Positions 36,973-49,674 of a stretch of 64,000 nucleotides of DNA are shown here, piece after piece. The DNA comes from Mobula hypostoma. Lineage: Eukaryota. The stretch spans positions 150,972,001 to 151,036,000 of the forward strand of contig NC_086097.1 in assembly GCF_963921235.1 (NCBI RefSeq), written 5' to 3'. Position 1 is the stretch's first letter; every line of letters starts with the position of its first letter. Position numbers and translations under genes: made by a program. The notes beneath the pieces were generated by a model, which saw only the letters and a program-made list of their open reading frames with translations, was not told where the DNA came from and did no database searches.

Positions 36973-37195
36973 TGTTGTGTTCCAGACTGACTTCGGACAC
37001 CATGTTGTGTTCTTTATATTTAAACGTACCATGGGTTAACAACAAAGAATCATATTCTGAAAGAATTAGAACTTTTATTTACAGCAACCACAAACCAAAC
37101 CACGTTTTTACCAAGCCATGTTCCAGATCATTCTAACATTTCTGCGCATGCTCAGAACTCTCTCCAATCACATTCTGACACATCATATCACCACA
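36973..37195 (-). mobile_element. LTR (37003-37195) + PBS + 10-bp stub of a second LTR
   Basis: 5-bp TSD GATCT (36968-36972 / 37196-37200); minus-strand LTR ends GAACACAACA, then TGGTGTCCGAAGT (tRNA-Leu-like PBS), then GAACACAACA again. Confidence 0.8.
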
Positions 37196-37254
37196 GATCT
37201 GGTATTGAGTTTCATTATACATGTAGCAGTATCATAGTTTCATGAAGCTTCAAA

Positions 37255-37840
37255 ATCAGCACAGAATCAGGTTCTTCAGCCCACCTAGTCAATGCCAATC
37301 CATTAATCTTCCTAGTCCCATCGACCTGCACATGGAACATAGCCCTCTATACCCCTCTCATCCATGTACCTATCCAAATTTTTCTTAAATTTTGAAATCG
37401 AACCCACATCCACCACTTGTGCTGGCCACTCGTTCCACATTGTCACCACCCTCTCAGTGAAGAAGTTACCCCTCAAGTTCCCTCAAACATTTCACCTTTC
37501 TCCCTTAACCTATGATCTCTGGTTGTAGTCTTACCGAACCTCAGTGGAAAAAGCCTGCTTCCATTTACCCCGTCTTTACACCTCATAACTGTATCAAATC
37601 TCCACTGAATCTTCTACTTTCTAGAGAATAACATCCTAACCTTGTCAACCTTTCCCTGTAACTCAGCTCCTCCAGTCACAGCAACATCCTCGCGACTTTT
37701 CTCTGTACTCTTTTCAACCTTATTTACATCTTTCCTGTAGGTAGGTGACCAAAACTGTACACAGTACTCCAAATTAGGCCTCACCAATGGCTTTTGCAAC
37801 TTCAACATAGCATCCCATCTTCTGTACTCAATATATTGAT
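37255..37840 (-). mobile_element. CR1 3' fragment
   Basis: ORF 37614..37808 (LVRPNLEYCVQFWSPTYRKD). Confidence 0.88.
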
Positions 37841-39039
37841 ATATTTAGTTATTCAGACATGAACTGCGTAGACCACAAATCATCTCAGTGATGGCAACTG
37901 AAATCAGTCCCTTGAATTTCTGCAAACAGGAAAAATTTTGGATAAGCATAGGCAAGAATAATCTTACAGAATTCTTATAAAGTAACACATAGCAGTTATC
38001 TAACCTCTTCTCCCAAATGTACATCTCAAGTAGTCTGTTTGACTCATTGAAGCTTTGTCAGATACTAATTTTCAGTGGAAAATCTTTAAATGAAATATTT
38101 GAGTTGATACAATATTTGCAGAAATGAGAGAGTGTCTATAAGATCACATCATAACAAATTGACCCACCAGTTTTTTCTGTTTAACAGACACTTTATACTT
38201 TGCTCTCAGTGTCGTTCATAAACCTATTTGCCCTTTGAGGCTGAATGTTTTGTGTTAAATAAAGCTGAAAATATGTCTGTTACCTCACCACATTGATAGC
38301 AAATACATTAACGATAGAACATGGGGCGTCCTGTCACTGCAGGGTGAGCTATTAATATATCTCCTCCTGTTTAAACAAGCCAAGTCTTAATGCTGAACAC
38401 AATTAAGCAAATCTTTTGCAACTGGCTGGGGTACTGCAGTATTTTCAAATAATCAATGTTAATGTACTAAATGAAGAGCCGAGAATCCAGGGCTCCTGGA
38501 CTGATTCAGAAATAGTATTATCCTGGGACTACCAGCAAGTCATTAGCAGACAGAGTGGAGGCAACAGACGCTGAAGCCTCAAAGCATCAGAACTAAAATG
38601 AAATGCAGCTCGCAGTTTCAATAAACTGAATTTTTCAATAATAAGTGACGAATGTTCTCGAAAAATCTGGAATAATTTAATTTTCTTTCAGTATTGATTT
38701 TTCTAAATCATTGTATTCCTTGGCAAAGATGTGGCTAATGTTCATGCTACATGACAGCACCTGTTTACCCAATTCTCCCTTCTCTGTCTTCATGGTGCTG
38801 ACCCATGGTGGGAAACAAAATGTAACCTTTCACCTTTTCCAGGCATTTCATTCTTCAGCTGTGAGTCGGACAGTGAATGACTGAAGGCTACTTCACCATG
38901 GCAAGAGAAGCATTAAATTAGAACTTGACTTTAGCTTTACACCTCTGTTGAATGTTTACAACCATCTGATGTTATTGAAGGAGAAAGTACACCAGGTTAT
39001 ATCACATGTTTTTCACCTTCTCTCAGCTTAATGGCACAG

Positions 39040-40175
39040 AGACTAATTGCTATCTACTACTGAGCGACAAATACATCTAGCATCAACTGGACATCTTCCA
39101 CTTGTTCATAGACTTCAAGGCGGTATTCAATAGGGTGTGGCCTGTTGCACTCTGGCCACAATGAAGAGATACAACATAGTCCAGAAGCTGATCCAAACCA
39201 TCAAGCAGCTCTGCACCGAAGCTAGCTGTGCGGTACTTGTTCAGGGCACAGTTGGAGAGTGGTTCCACATATCAGTTGGAGTCTGACAAAGCTACCTCCT
39301 TTCACCCACGCTGTTCAACATTTTCCTGGAGCAAATAATGACACGTGCCCTGGAAGACCATATCGGCTCAGTCAGCATCGGAGGACAGATCATAACCAAC
39401 CTCAGGTTCACCGGTGCCATTGATGGAATAGCAGGAAGTGAGGATGAATTGGCCTGCCTTGTGAACCGCCTAGACGTTACATGGCATGGGGACCAGCACA
39501 GAGAAAACCAAGCTTATGAGAAACAGTGAGGAACCAATCACGACAAAAATCACAGTCAGTGGATAAGAACTAGAGATTGTCAAATGGTTCAAGTCTCTTG
39601 ACGCCATCATCAACCAAGAAGGATCAAAGCCTGAAGTCCTTGCGAGGACAGCCAAAACAACAGCAACACTGGCTAAACTAAAACCAATCTGGAGAGACAA
39701 TAACATCACTCTCAAATCCAAGTTGAAACTATTGAATGCACTTGTGCTCTTCATCTTCTTGTATACATGCGAATCATGGACTTTGACAGCAGAACTGCAA
39801 AAGAAGATCCAGGTAGTAGAAATTAGATGCTTCTGAAGGCTCCTTGACCATGACTCAAAGGACGAAGTATGAAGAACCATCACCCAGCACATGACACGCT
39901 ACAATGATCTACTATCCACAGTGAAGAATAGGAAACTGAGATGGTATGGCTACATAACAAGATCAAGTGGGCTCTCAAAGACCATTCTTCAGGGAACGGT
40001 GCAGGGGAAAAGAAAGAGGGGCAGACAGAGGAAGAAATGGGTAGACAAAATTGTATAGCAGACTGGAAAGAGTATTTCCACAACTGAGGTACAGGTACAC
40101 ACCCAGAACCGTGAGAGATGGAGGCGACAGGTGCAGTACTCATCTGGTCCTGCGACCCAGGCGGGTTGAAAGATC
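39040..40175 (+). mobile_element. Degraded RTE-clade LINE (different family from 20865-26134)
   Basis: FHLFIDFKA, LSPTLFNIFLEQIM, ITNLRF.., FLYTCESWTL, RKLRWYGYI, GKRKRGRQRKKW motifs across frames. Confidence 0.85.
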
Positions 40176-40928
40176 CGTAACTGTAACCATGATGTCACCA
40201 GAAGACTGAGCTCAGTTCAATCCTGAACAGACTATGCCCAATGAAAAAGGTTTGAAATGTTGACATGAACACAAGAAAAGACAAACAGAGGACCATTGGG
40301 CCCCTCAGCACCGCTGAAGTGCACTGGCCTTACCCCTTCTGTTTCCCAAGCTTTCTATTCTCTGATCTCTCAAAAAAAAATCATCGACCACTGCTTTAGG
40401 TATAGCTAAAGATCCATACACTCTGTGTACAGAATTCTTCAGATTTACCACCTTCTGTGAGAAAGGATAACTAAGGGTCAACCATGCTGATCTAGCACTG
40501 TGGTCATATGTAGATTAGTCTTTCGACCTTCATGAAGCCTTCAGGAATTGAAGCCCAGTCTTAATTTCTATGCTCATTTGGGCTACGAGGATAAATGTGA
40601 CTGTAAGGTTGAGATCACAATCAAATTAGAAAGAGCAGAACCAATGAGTTCAGTGGCTTACTGCTACAGCCGATGTATATTTTTGTGTATTCCAGTTTGT
40701 ATCTTTTTCATTTTCTTTCAAATCTTTTTTTATTTTTATGTGTATCTAGGAGATAATATATTTTATTACAATTGCTAGACTGAGAGTCACTAGTTGCCCA
40801 ATGGAGTAAAGGAAAATCCGTTCACTTCCTGATTGGTGTGGGAAGGGAGCATAACATGTGTAAGAGCAGCACATATAAAATGCAGGAGGAACTCAGCAGG
40901 TCAGGCAGCATTTAAGGAGAGGAGCAAA

Positions 40929-40966
40929 GAGTCGACATTTCAGGCTGAGACCCTTCATCAGGTCTG
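40929..40966 (-). ncRNA. Minimal hammerhead ribozyme motif
   Basis: Reverse complement cagac-CTGATGA-a-gggtctcagcct-GAAA-TG-TC-gactc. Confidence 0.5.
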
Positions 40967-41961
40967 GAAAGGAAGGGGGAAGAAGCCAGAGTAAGAAGGT
41001 GGGGGGGAGTACAAGCTAGAAGGTGGTAGGTGATGTCAGGTGAGGGGAAGGTAGTGGGTGGGGGAGTGGGTATGGAGTAAGAAGCTTTGTAGCACAGGAG
41101 GGTGGACCATGGGGGAAGGGAAGGGGGAGCACATTATAGGGGGGTGATAAGCAGGTAAGGAGAAAGAAGGTGTAAGGGGGGAATCATAATGGACCATGGA
41201 AAAAAGAAGAAGGAGGAGAGGGAGAATTTACTGGAAGTTAGAGAAATTGATGTTCATACTGCCAGATTGGAGGCTACCCAGATGGAATATGAGTTGTTGC
41301 TGTTCCACCCTGAGCATGGTCATATCATGGAAGTAGAGGAGGCCATAACCCAACATGTCTGAATCTGAATGGTGATTGGAATTAAAATGGTTGGCCATCA
41401 GGAAATACTGCTCGCTGAGGACAGAGCAGAAGTTCTCAATAAAGCGGTCCTCCAAATGACGTCAGATCTCATCAATGTAGAGGAGGGAGTGCCTGGAGCA
41501 CGGAATGCAGTAGATGACCCCGACAGACTCACAGGTGAAGAGTTGTCTCATCTGGGAGGACTGTTTGGGGCCTTGAATGGTGGTGAGGGAGGAGGTGAAT
41601 GGGCAGGTGTAGAACATCTTCTGCTTGCAGGGGAAGTGCCAGGAGGGAGAAGAGTGGGGAGTGGTGAATGGACAGGGTAATCTCAGAGAGGATGCAGAGA
41701 GTGGGGGGTGGTGGTGGGATTGTGGTGTGTTTGGTGGTAGGATCCAGTTGAAGACGGTAGAATTGCAGAGAATGATGTGCTGGACATGAAGGCTCATGGG
41801 ACGGTAGGTAAGGACAAAGGAACTCTATCCCTCTATCCCTGTTAAGGTGGCAGGAAGGTGTGTTGAGGGTAGATGTCTGGGAAATGGGGGAAATACAGGT
41901 GAGAAAATCATCAATAGTAGAGGAAGGGAAACTCTATTCTTTGAAGAAGGAGGATATCTCT

Positions 41962-42116
41962 CAGACAGACAGACAGACAGACAGACAGACTTTATTGATC
42001 CCGAGGGAAATTGAGTTTTGTTACAGCTGCACCAACCAAGAATAGAGCATAAATATAGCAGTGCAAAAACCACAAACAATCCAACAACAATATGCAAACT
42101 ATGCCAGATGGAAATA
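41962..42116 (-). mobile_element. Short LINE 3' tail insertion with (TCTG)n microsatellite
   Basis: 8-bp TSD ATATCTCT (41954-41961 / 42117-42124) inside the Penelope element; the tail motif resembles 7362-7410. Confidence 0.75.
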
Positions 42117-45100
42117 ATATCTCTGATGTTCTGGAAAGGAAAGCTGCACCTTGGACATAGATGTAGTGGAGACAGAGGGACTGTGGAAAGGAAATAGCAT
42201 TTTTACAATTGACAGTATGGGAAGAAATATAGTCAAGATTACTGTGAGAGTCAGTAGGTTTGTAAAAGATATCAGTAGAGATGTATATCCAGATATCCAG
42301 GAATGGAGACTGAGGCATCAAGAAAGGGGAGAGAGATGTCAGGAATGGATCGAGTGAATTGAGAAGTAGGGTGGAAGTTGGAGGCAAAGTTGGTGAAATT
42401 GACAAGCTTAGCATGTGTGCATGAAGCAGTTCCAATGCAGTCATCAATGTAACATAGAAAGAATTAGGGAGCATGTTCAGTGAAGGCTTGGAATATGGAC
42501 TGTTTGTGTAGCCAATGAATAGACCTTGGGCACAGGGGTGCCCATGGCTACACCTTGGGTCTGGAGAAAGTGGGAGGAACTGAAGGAGAAATTATTGAGT
42601 GTGAGGACCAGTTCCAACAGATGGAGGAGCATGGTGATGGAGGAGAATCGGTTAGATCTATTATATAAAGACTGTATAGCATTACTATATGTAAGGACTG
42701 ATTGTATATGTTATTGAGTTGAATTCTGTGTCCAGAATGCAATTTCCAAATTTGCTTTTACTCTAAACTTGGAGCTAGAGCAAACTTACTAATAGACTTC
42801 ATAGAGTTATAGAAGGTGGGAGGAATGGACAGGTAAGTGCAAGTCACTGCCAAGAAATATGATGTTATATTTTGTTAAGAAGAATGAGAAGTGACAATAT
42901 TAACTAGAGGCACAATTCTGTAAGAAACTTTGAGGCATATATGCAGAGTTCCTTAGATATTGTAATCTGAGGAGGTGTTTACAAAACCACTTTGAGATAC
43001 AGGAAGTTACAATGAAAACACTGTGAGGTTGCATTGAGAATATGATCTCTCATTCCAGATTCCATGCTCAGGAAAGATGTGCATTAATAGCTTAGGTATC
43101 TGAAAGGAAGAAATTTGCAGGGCCATGGGAAAAGGTGGATAAATGGTTAAATGGTCTCCCTTGATGCTGTAACCGTTCTGTGAATCTGTGAAAACTGCAT
43201 AACTTATCAGAAACTTCCAATCAGTTCCTGCTGTTGACATTTCTGGAATATATCTCTCCAGTTGCTTAGATCATATCAAAACTTATCCCGTCCAGTGATA
43301 TTTCACAACTGTGTTGGTTACCATCAGCGATATTTCTGAAATACAGTAACATGTAACACTGCTTTTGGCAACTCACCTTACTGGCAATTTCTGTGTTTTC
43401 CTATTGCAGCCAGTGGATTAACTAAACCATAGCAAAAACTGAGATTTCTGGAAATAGGTCAGTTGGTGTCTGTGATGAGAATGCATAAATTGGCAAAGCA
43501 CATATTTTTGGATTTTGTTCCAGGTACTTTTAGAAAATCTTGTTAAATATGACAGAATACTTTTCTTGATGTGCCATCCTTATTATCCATGCATAGGAAC
43601 AAAGTAATAATATTTGTCTTTGGTTGAACCACTTGTTTAACAGCCTCCAGTAAATCACACTGCATCTGCACAGAGATATTGCATTGCATTGAGACTTGAA
43701 AAATCACAATTTGCATGCTGCCATCAAATCAATACATGACTACAAATTGCATAGAACATTGTTTACAAGTGTTTCCAAAAGAACGGAATTCATTAAAAAA
43801 ACAAATGATTGTAAATGCAGAAAATCTAGATAAAATCTGAAAATATTTGAGTTGATACTTTTGTTTTATGGCCACAGACACTGAATGACCTGTTTACAGA
43901 AATTCTAATATTTGCAGCAGTTGAATTAATCCCCGACTTGCACTTTGGAAAGCATTTCTAAACTAATGCCATTTGGGTACCTTACCAAAGTGAAAAATGA
44001 AATATGAGTAATGCACCAGCATTTACAGAGACTTGAGAACCTGAAGGAGAATTAAAAAGAGAGGGTTCTCGTGCGGTGCTCCACGAAAAGAATACTCCTT
44101 TAATGAGATGTTGCAAACAGGCTGGCTGACATGGTGAGCTGATTAAACAGTAAATAAAATGCTTGTTTCTCCATCTGGAGTTCAAGTCCCAAGGTTGAGC
44201 GACATTTGTACCTGTCAGATGCAATTATATTGGATTTTGTTTTGTCTGTTCTTGGCCACTATGTGCAAAAAAATGCAGTGAAGGGGAAGGGCAAACATAT
44301 TCTTATTATTTTGATGTCCACAGATCTGTGTGTAGCTTAGACGCTGTTTCACCTTGTCCAAGGATACAGAAAATACTGGGTAGAGCTAACAATCAATCAC
44401 GTGGAACACTTGAAGCAGCGGTAGGCAATATTGAACACATTCACACATTTGTTACTGTTATCACACAGTGTGACCTCAGCCCATTAGTATCAACAGGCTG
44501 TGCTGAATTAACACTTCATTTTAAAATGTGATTGCCTGGTTTTGTGTCAAACAATGCATGCACGGTGTCAAAATGACCCCTTTTTATTTATGTCTACCAA
44601 CATGGGTTCTGTGTATGATTGATGCATTTCCATATTTTCCTTTCAGAGAAGATGGATAATTCGTTCATCTATTTAATGATTCAGATGGATGAAACCGTAA
44701 CTGGAATTGTCACACATTCCACCCTTGAAGAAGGGAGTATAGAGACAGTAAACACTTCAGAAAACATTCGAACACTCTCTCTCCCCAGCAAAGCCCATTT
44801 GGGTCTGTTCATAGAGAGCTGATGAATACTGTTTAGAAGGTCACCTTCTAGCCTGCATCTTCTCCTTTCTATAATCTGTGGCCAGCTCTTACAATCAGGT
44901 ACAAGAGGGACATATGTTGGAATTAAGAATAGAAGAGGTAGTGTCATCCAAAATCTCTGCAGCATCATCTATCTTAAGTGAGACCCACGAGCATGCAGCG
45001 GGGAAGCAGCTTGTGCTGACAGTGTGCTTGATAGCTCCAAGTTGGAAGATTTATGTGTAGCATTAGAGGCATATTTCCATACCAAACACAAAATATATCA

Positions 45101-46249
45101 CAGCAGAATGGATAAGTGCCACCTAGGCAAATAGTTAATTATGTATTTTTTCTTTATGAGGTTGCTCCAGGATTACATATAAGTACATTTCCTTTGGCAA
45201 CCAGCTAAGTCTAAACAACCCCTTCTACACAAAAGCAAATTGCAGCAGGATCTAGAAATTTGAAATAAAATGAAAAATGGTTTAAATACTCGGCAGATCA
45301 GGCCAAGAAAAGAGATTAATGTTTCAGGTGAATGACCCTTCAGGTTTCGAGGGATCAGGATATTTGCTATCTTTCCTCTCTCCCTTAGGATAGCAAATAT
45401 CAGCATGGACTAGATGGGCTGAAGGACTTGTTTCAGTGCTGTAGTGCTGTATGACTCTTTGACTCTAAGAGAAATCAGAGAAAATCCCAAAATAGTTTAT
45501 GAGTACGTGATAAACCAGAAAGAATAAGACCTATTGGGACCAAAAGGTTTACCTGTGTATGAAAGCAAAGGAAGTAAGATTCTTCATGAATACTTTATAG
45601 AGGTTTTCTCTGAAGGTGGAATGATGCCAACATTATGTTTCAGCAAGAAGAATGTGAAATATTGGATGAGATAAATATAGTAAGAGAGGAAGTTTTAAGA
45701 AGGTTCAGCATGTTTAAAAATAGATCAATCATTAAGCTAGACTGTGAAAGTTTTCCAGATTGTTAGAAACAAGCGAAGAAAGAGTAGATTCTGACCACCC
45801 ACCAGTTTTCATTTCTCCCTGACTACAAGAGTGGTGCTAGTTAGTTGGAAGTCACTTAGTGTTGTTGCATTGTTCAAAAAAAAGAGAAAACATGAAGCAG
45901 GTAATGGGAGTCAGGTTGGTATACATTTGGGAATGGAAAATATTGGAATCCTTTCTGAAGAACAACATAAACCATTTAGTGCATCAAGAATGGTTAGTAG
46001 AAATTTATAGGGAGGTCATTTCTGATTTGTTTTAAGGAGATAACAAAGTGATTGATGAGAGGTGTGCATTTGACGTACTGTAGTCTGGGTGGATTTGACA
46101 AGCTACTACTTGGCAGACTGATCAAAAATTTTAAGAACCTATAGGATCCGGTGGGGGGGGGGGGGTAACAAATTGATTCCTATAGGCTCAGTGCCAGAAA
46201 ACAAAAAAAAAGGTTAACAAAAGAATAATTTTTTTTTTACTTTTAATGG

Positions 46250-46830
46250 AATAGAAGTAACTCATGTGGGTGTATGGGAAAGTACCTTAGAAGGGGAATG
46301 GTTGGTGGAGATGAAGGAATAAACCAGAAAGTCAGGGAGGACACAGCCTCTTTGGAATGCTTAAGGGAAAGGGGATGGTACAATGAGGTAGTTTGCAAAT
46401 TGCATTGATGAAAATTATGTGGAACAACCTATGAATGTGGAGGTAGGTGGGGTGGAAGGTGAGCATAATCGGTATCCCATTCTTGCATGGACGGTGAACA
46501 AGATGCAGTAGAATTCTCTGCTGACTGAGGTGGAGGAGATGCTATAGTTAAGGTAAAGTAAGAAGGTCTGGTGATTGAATTCTAGTCATTACGGCGATGA
46601 CAAAACTAGGAGAACAGATTAAATCCTTGTCAGTAGCAGACTGAATGGAACTGTGGTCGAGATGGATATAGGACTCCATGGACATATAATAGAAATCATT
46701 TGTTAATCTTGTCCCTGATCTGGAAATAGGAAATTCAAGGGAAGGAAATAGATGAGCCAAATTTGGACAATGGGAAAATGAAAAACTGAGGAAAGTTAGA
46801 ATAATGGTTAATGTTTTTTCTAGCAAGGAA
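46250..46830 (-). mobile_element. Highly degraded Penelope fragment
   Basis: ORF 46548..46826 (FPSLEFPISRSGTRLTNDFYY...YIHLDHSS) resembles the RT thumb segment at 41992-42474. Confidence 0.5.
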
Positions 46831-47291
46831 TTTGGTACCAGTGCTCAGACCAAGTGCTTAGTTGTTTGTAATGTATATTAATTATTTTAGACTTAAATAC
46901 ATGGGTGATGATAAAGAGGAGGGTGCTGGGAGAAATGGAGGAACAAACTTGATGTGGATATTGACTAATACATAAAAGTGGGAGGGCAGGTTGACACTGG
47001 TTAAAACAGGATATGGGATGCTCTCCCTTATTTACCAATGCATAAAATATAAAAGCAAGGGACTTGAGCAACAAGTAGATTAAAACTCTACTGAGGCTAC
47101 AGGTTATGCTCTACATACAATTCTGGTTACCAGATCAAAAAAAAATTGTGATTCCACTCTAAGAAGTGCAGAGTAGATTTATAGGGACGTTACTAGGACT
47201 GGAAAACTTTGGTAATGAGGGTTTGTCTTATTTTCTTTAGAGCAATGGAGATTGAGGCAACACTTGATGGAGATATAATGAGAGGATGATA

Positions 47292-47879
47292 TAAGACCAT
47301 AAGACATAGGAGCAGAATTAGGCATCTGGCCTATCAAGTCTACTCTGCCATTTAAACATGGCTGATCCTTTTTTTCTACCTCCACCTCAACTCCAGTTCC
47401 CGGCCTTCTCCCCATAACCTTTGATGCCATGTCCAATCAAGAACCTATCAATCTCTGCCTTAAATACACCCTTTGGCTAAAGAAATTTCTCCACATCTCT
47501 GTTTTGAAAGGGCGCCCCTCTATCCTGAGGCTGTGTCCTCTTGTCCTAAACTCCTCCACAATGAGAAACATCATTTCCACATCTACTCTGTCTAGGCCTC
47601 TCAACATTCGAAAGGTTTCAATGAGATCCTCCCTCATCCTTCTGAATCCCAGCAAGTACAGACCTAGTGTCATCAAACATTCCTCATATGATAACCCTTT
47701 CATTCCTGGAATCATCCTTGTGAACCTCCTCTGGACCCTCTCCAATGCCAGCACATCTTTTCTAAGATGAGGGGCCCAAAACTGTTCACAATACTCAAGG
47801 TGAGGTATCACCAGTGCCTTATAATGCCTCAGCATCACATCCCTGCTCTTGTATTCTAGACCTCTTGAAATAAGTGCTA
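47292..47879 (-). mobile_element. CR1 3' fragment
   Basis: ORF 47437..47919 (PHLEYCEQFWAP...RTRGHSLRIEG); ataagaccataagacatagg tail. Confidence 0.9.
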
Positions 47880-48523
47880 AAAAAATAGAAAGGGACTCTT
47901 TCCTTGAGCAAAGAAACAAAAGAAATCAAAAACTATAAAGTCATTGGAAGAAGGATTAGAGATCAGAAGGATACTTTCTTCATCCAAAGGATGACAGTGT
48001 TCTGGAACTAATGGCCTACAAGGTTAGAATGGGTAGAAAATTACAGCATATTTAAATTACACTCACATGAATATTTGAGGAACCGTAATCTTCGGGCCAT
48101 GGACCAAGTTTGGAAGGTGGAAGCAAGCTAAATGGATTATTTTCGACAGGCTGAGTGCCTTCACACAGTGCTTTAAACTTCCTATAATTCTCTTAATTCT
48201 GCAATATGCTAATAACTTCTTTGAGTATTCAAATCTTGCCAAAATCAAGCAGTTGATTACCAATTGATATCTCATGAGACTTAGGAAATTCTACATCCTC
48301 AAAACTGAAAGAGTTCAATTGATTTAACAATAAAAATTATTGATATCTGAGAGCAAGATAGGGACTTATTGAACCATTCAGGTGGTTTACGTGCAGTATG
48401 AGTGAGTTTCAGGTTGGAATCTGATTGCGAGATTTATAAATTTGATCAGAATGACTATTTCAGGACTAAATTGGAATATTTAATTGTAAGAGTTAAATGC
48501 TGCAAGTCCTGAATAAAATGATG

Positions 48524-48748
48524 ACACGGTAACATGGCAGTCAGCATTCCGGGTTCGATTCCCACATGCTCTCTGTAAGGAGTTTGTCCAGTTTCACTGT
48601 GACTGCATGGGTTTCCTCTGGGTTCTCCGGTTTCCTAAATGTTCCAAAGATGGGTGGCTTAGTCGGTTAAGTGACCATATGGGTGCAATTGGCTGGCGTG
48701 GGTTTGTTGGGCTGGGAGGGCCTGTTACCGTGCTGTGTCTCCACATCA
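48524..48748 (+). mobile_element. V-SINE (HE1-like)
   Basis: B-box GGTTCGATTCC, V-domain ggagtttg...gggtttcctctgggttctccggtttcct, CR1-like tail gggctgggagggcctgtt..gtgctgt. Confidence 0.8.
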
Positions 48749-49164
48749 AACTTGGGATACTCACCCCATCATGAAGTACTCCTCTTGTGGGGGGGAAACA
48801 AAATTTCACACTGTAATCTAACAAAGTGTTGGAACTACTTAACTGAAAAAAAAGTGTTGATGTGGTTTAAATAAAGAATATCCGAAGACTGGAATCGAGA
48901 GTGACGTTCATAACACTCCCTTATCTGCAGAATAGCGAATAATAATGAACAAGTCAATTTTATTAACATTTCATCGAAATCTTAGCCTGCATTTCATCAT
49001 ATGGGTGAGATAAATTATTAACTTTAATGAAATGCACCATGTAATTACAATAAAATAAATTGTATGAAGTAACTTCTTACCTTAGATCAAGGGACCAGGG
49101 GAAAATATTAACTAATGAGCAAAGGAAATTGTTCCTGGGTCAGTATGTTAATCACACTGTATAG

Positions 49165-49455
49165 AATCGGAATCAGTTTTAATATTATTGGCATTGCAAT
49201 ATGTTGTTTTTTGACTGCACAACATTGCAATACATAATAATAAAATTATAAATTACTGTAAGAAATATATATTAAAATTAAATTAAGTAAGTAGAACTAA
49301 AGAGAGCAAAAAGGAAAAAAATAGTGAGATAGTGTTGGCGGGTTCGCTATCCTTTCAGAAATTTGATGGCAGAAGGGAAGAAGCTGTTCCTGAAATGATG
49401 AATGTGTGTCTTCAGGCTCCTGTATCTCCTTCTTAATGGGAGCAATGAGAGATAT
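49165..49455 (-). mobile_element. Rex1-like 3' fragment
   Basis: gaatcggaatcag tail and tgatggcagaagggaagaagctgttcctgaa (antisense of FRNSFFP). Confidence 0.65.
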
Positions 49456-49674
49456 TAAGTTGTAGTGAAGGATAGTGAGGGCTAATAATTAGTAAAGAGG
49501 GATGGTGGATTTGTGCTAATGTGATAACAGGGAGCCACAGATAATGGCTATGGTATTCAAAAACATGAGATGGTTATTCAGGATGCAGATGAGATGAAAT
49601 TTCTTCACCCAGAGCATAATGAATCTTTGGAATTCTCTACCTAAAAAGCCTGTGGTTGCTAAGTACATTCTGTA

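Larger units (their letters stand above)
40868..42665 (-). mobile_element. Penelope-like element (RT C-terminus, GIY-YIG, terminal repeat)
   Basis: ORFs 41992..42474 (STDIFYKPTDSHSNLDYISSH), 41462..41797 (FTCESVGVIYCIPCSR), 41228..41455. Confidence 0.9.
45400..48170 (+). mobile_element. Old CR1 remnants interrupted by Penelope and CR1 insertions
   Basis: Degenerate CR1 motifs at 45470-46200, 46900-47290 and 47900-48170. Confidence 0.55.

Noticed and set aside
44619..44968. Overlapping short ORFs after a + strand acceptor-like site at ~44646
   Set aside because: No recognisable homology and no supporting partner exon
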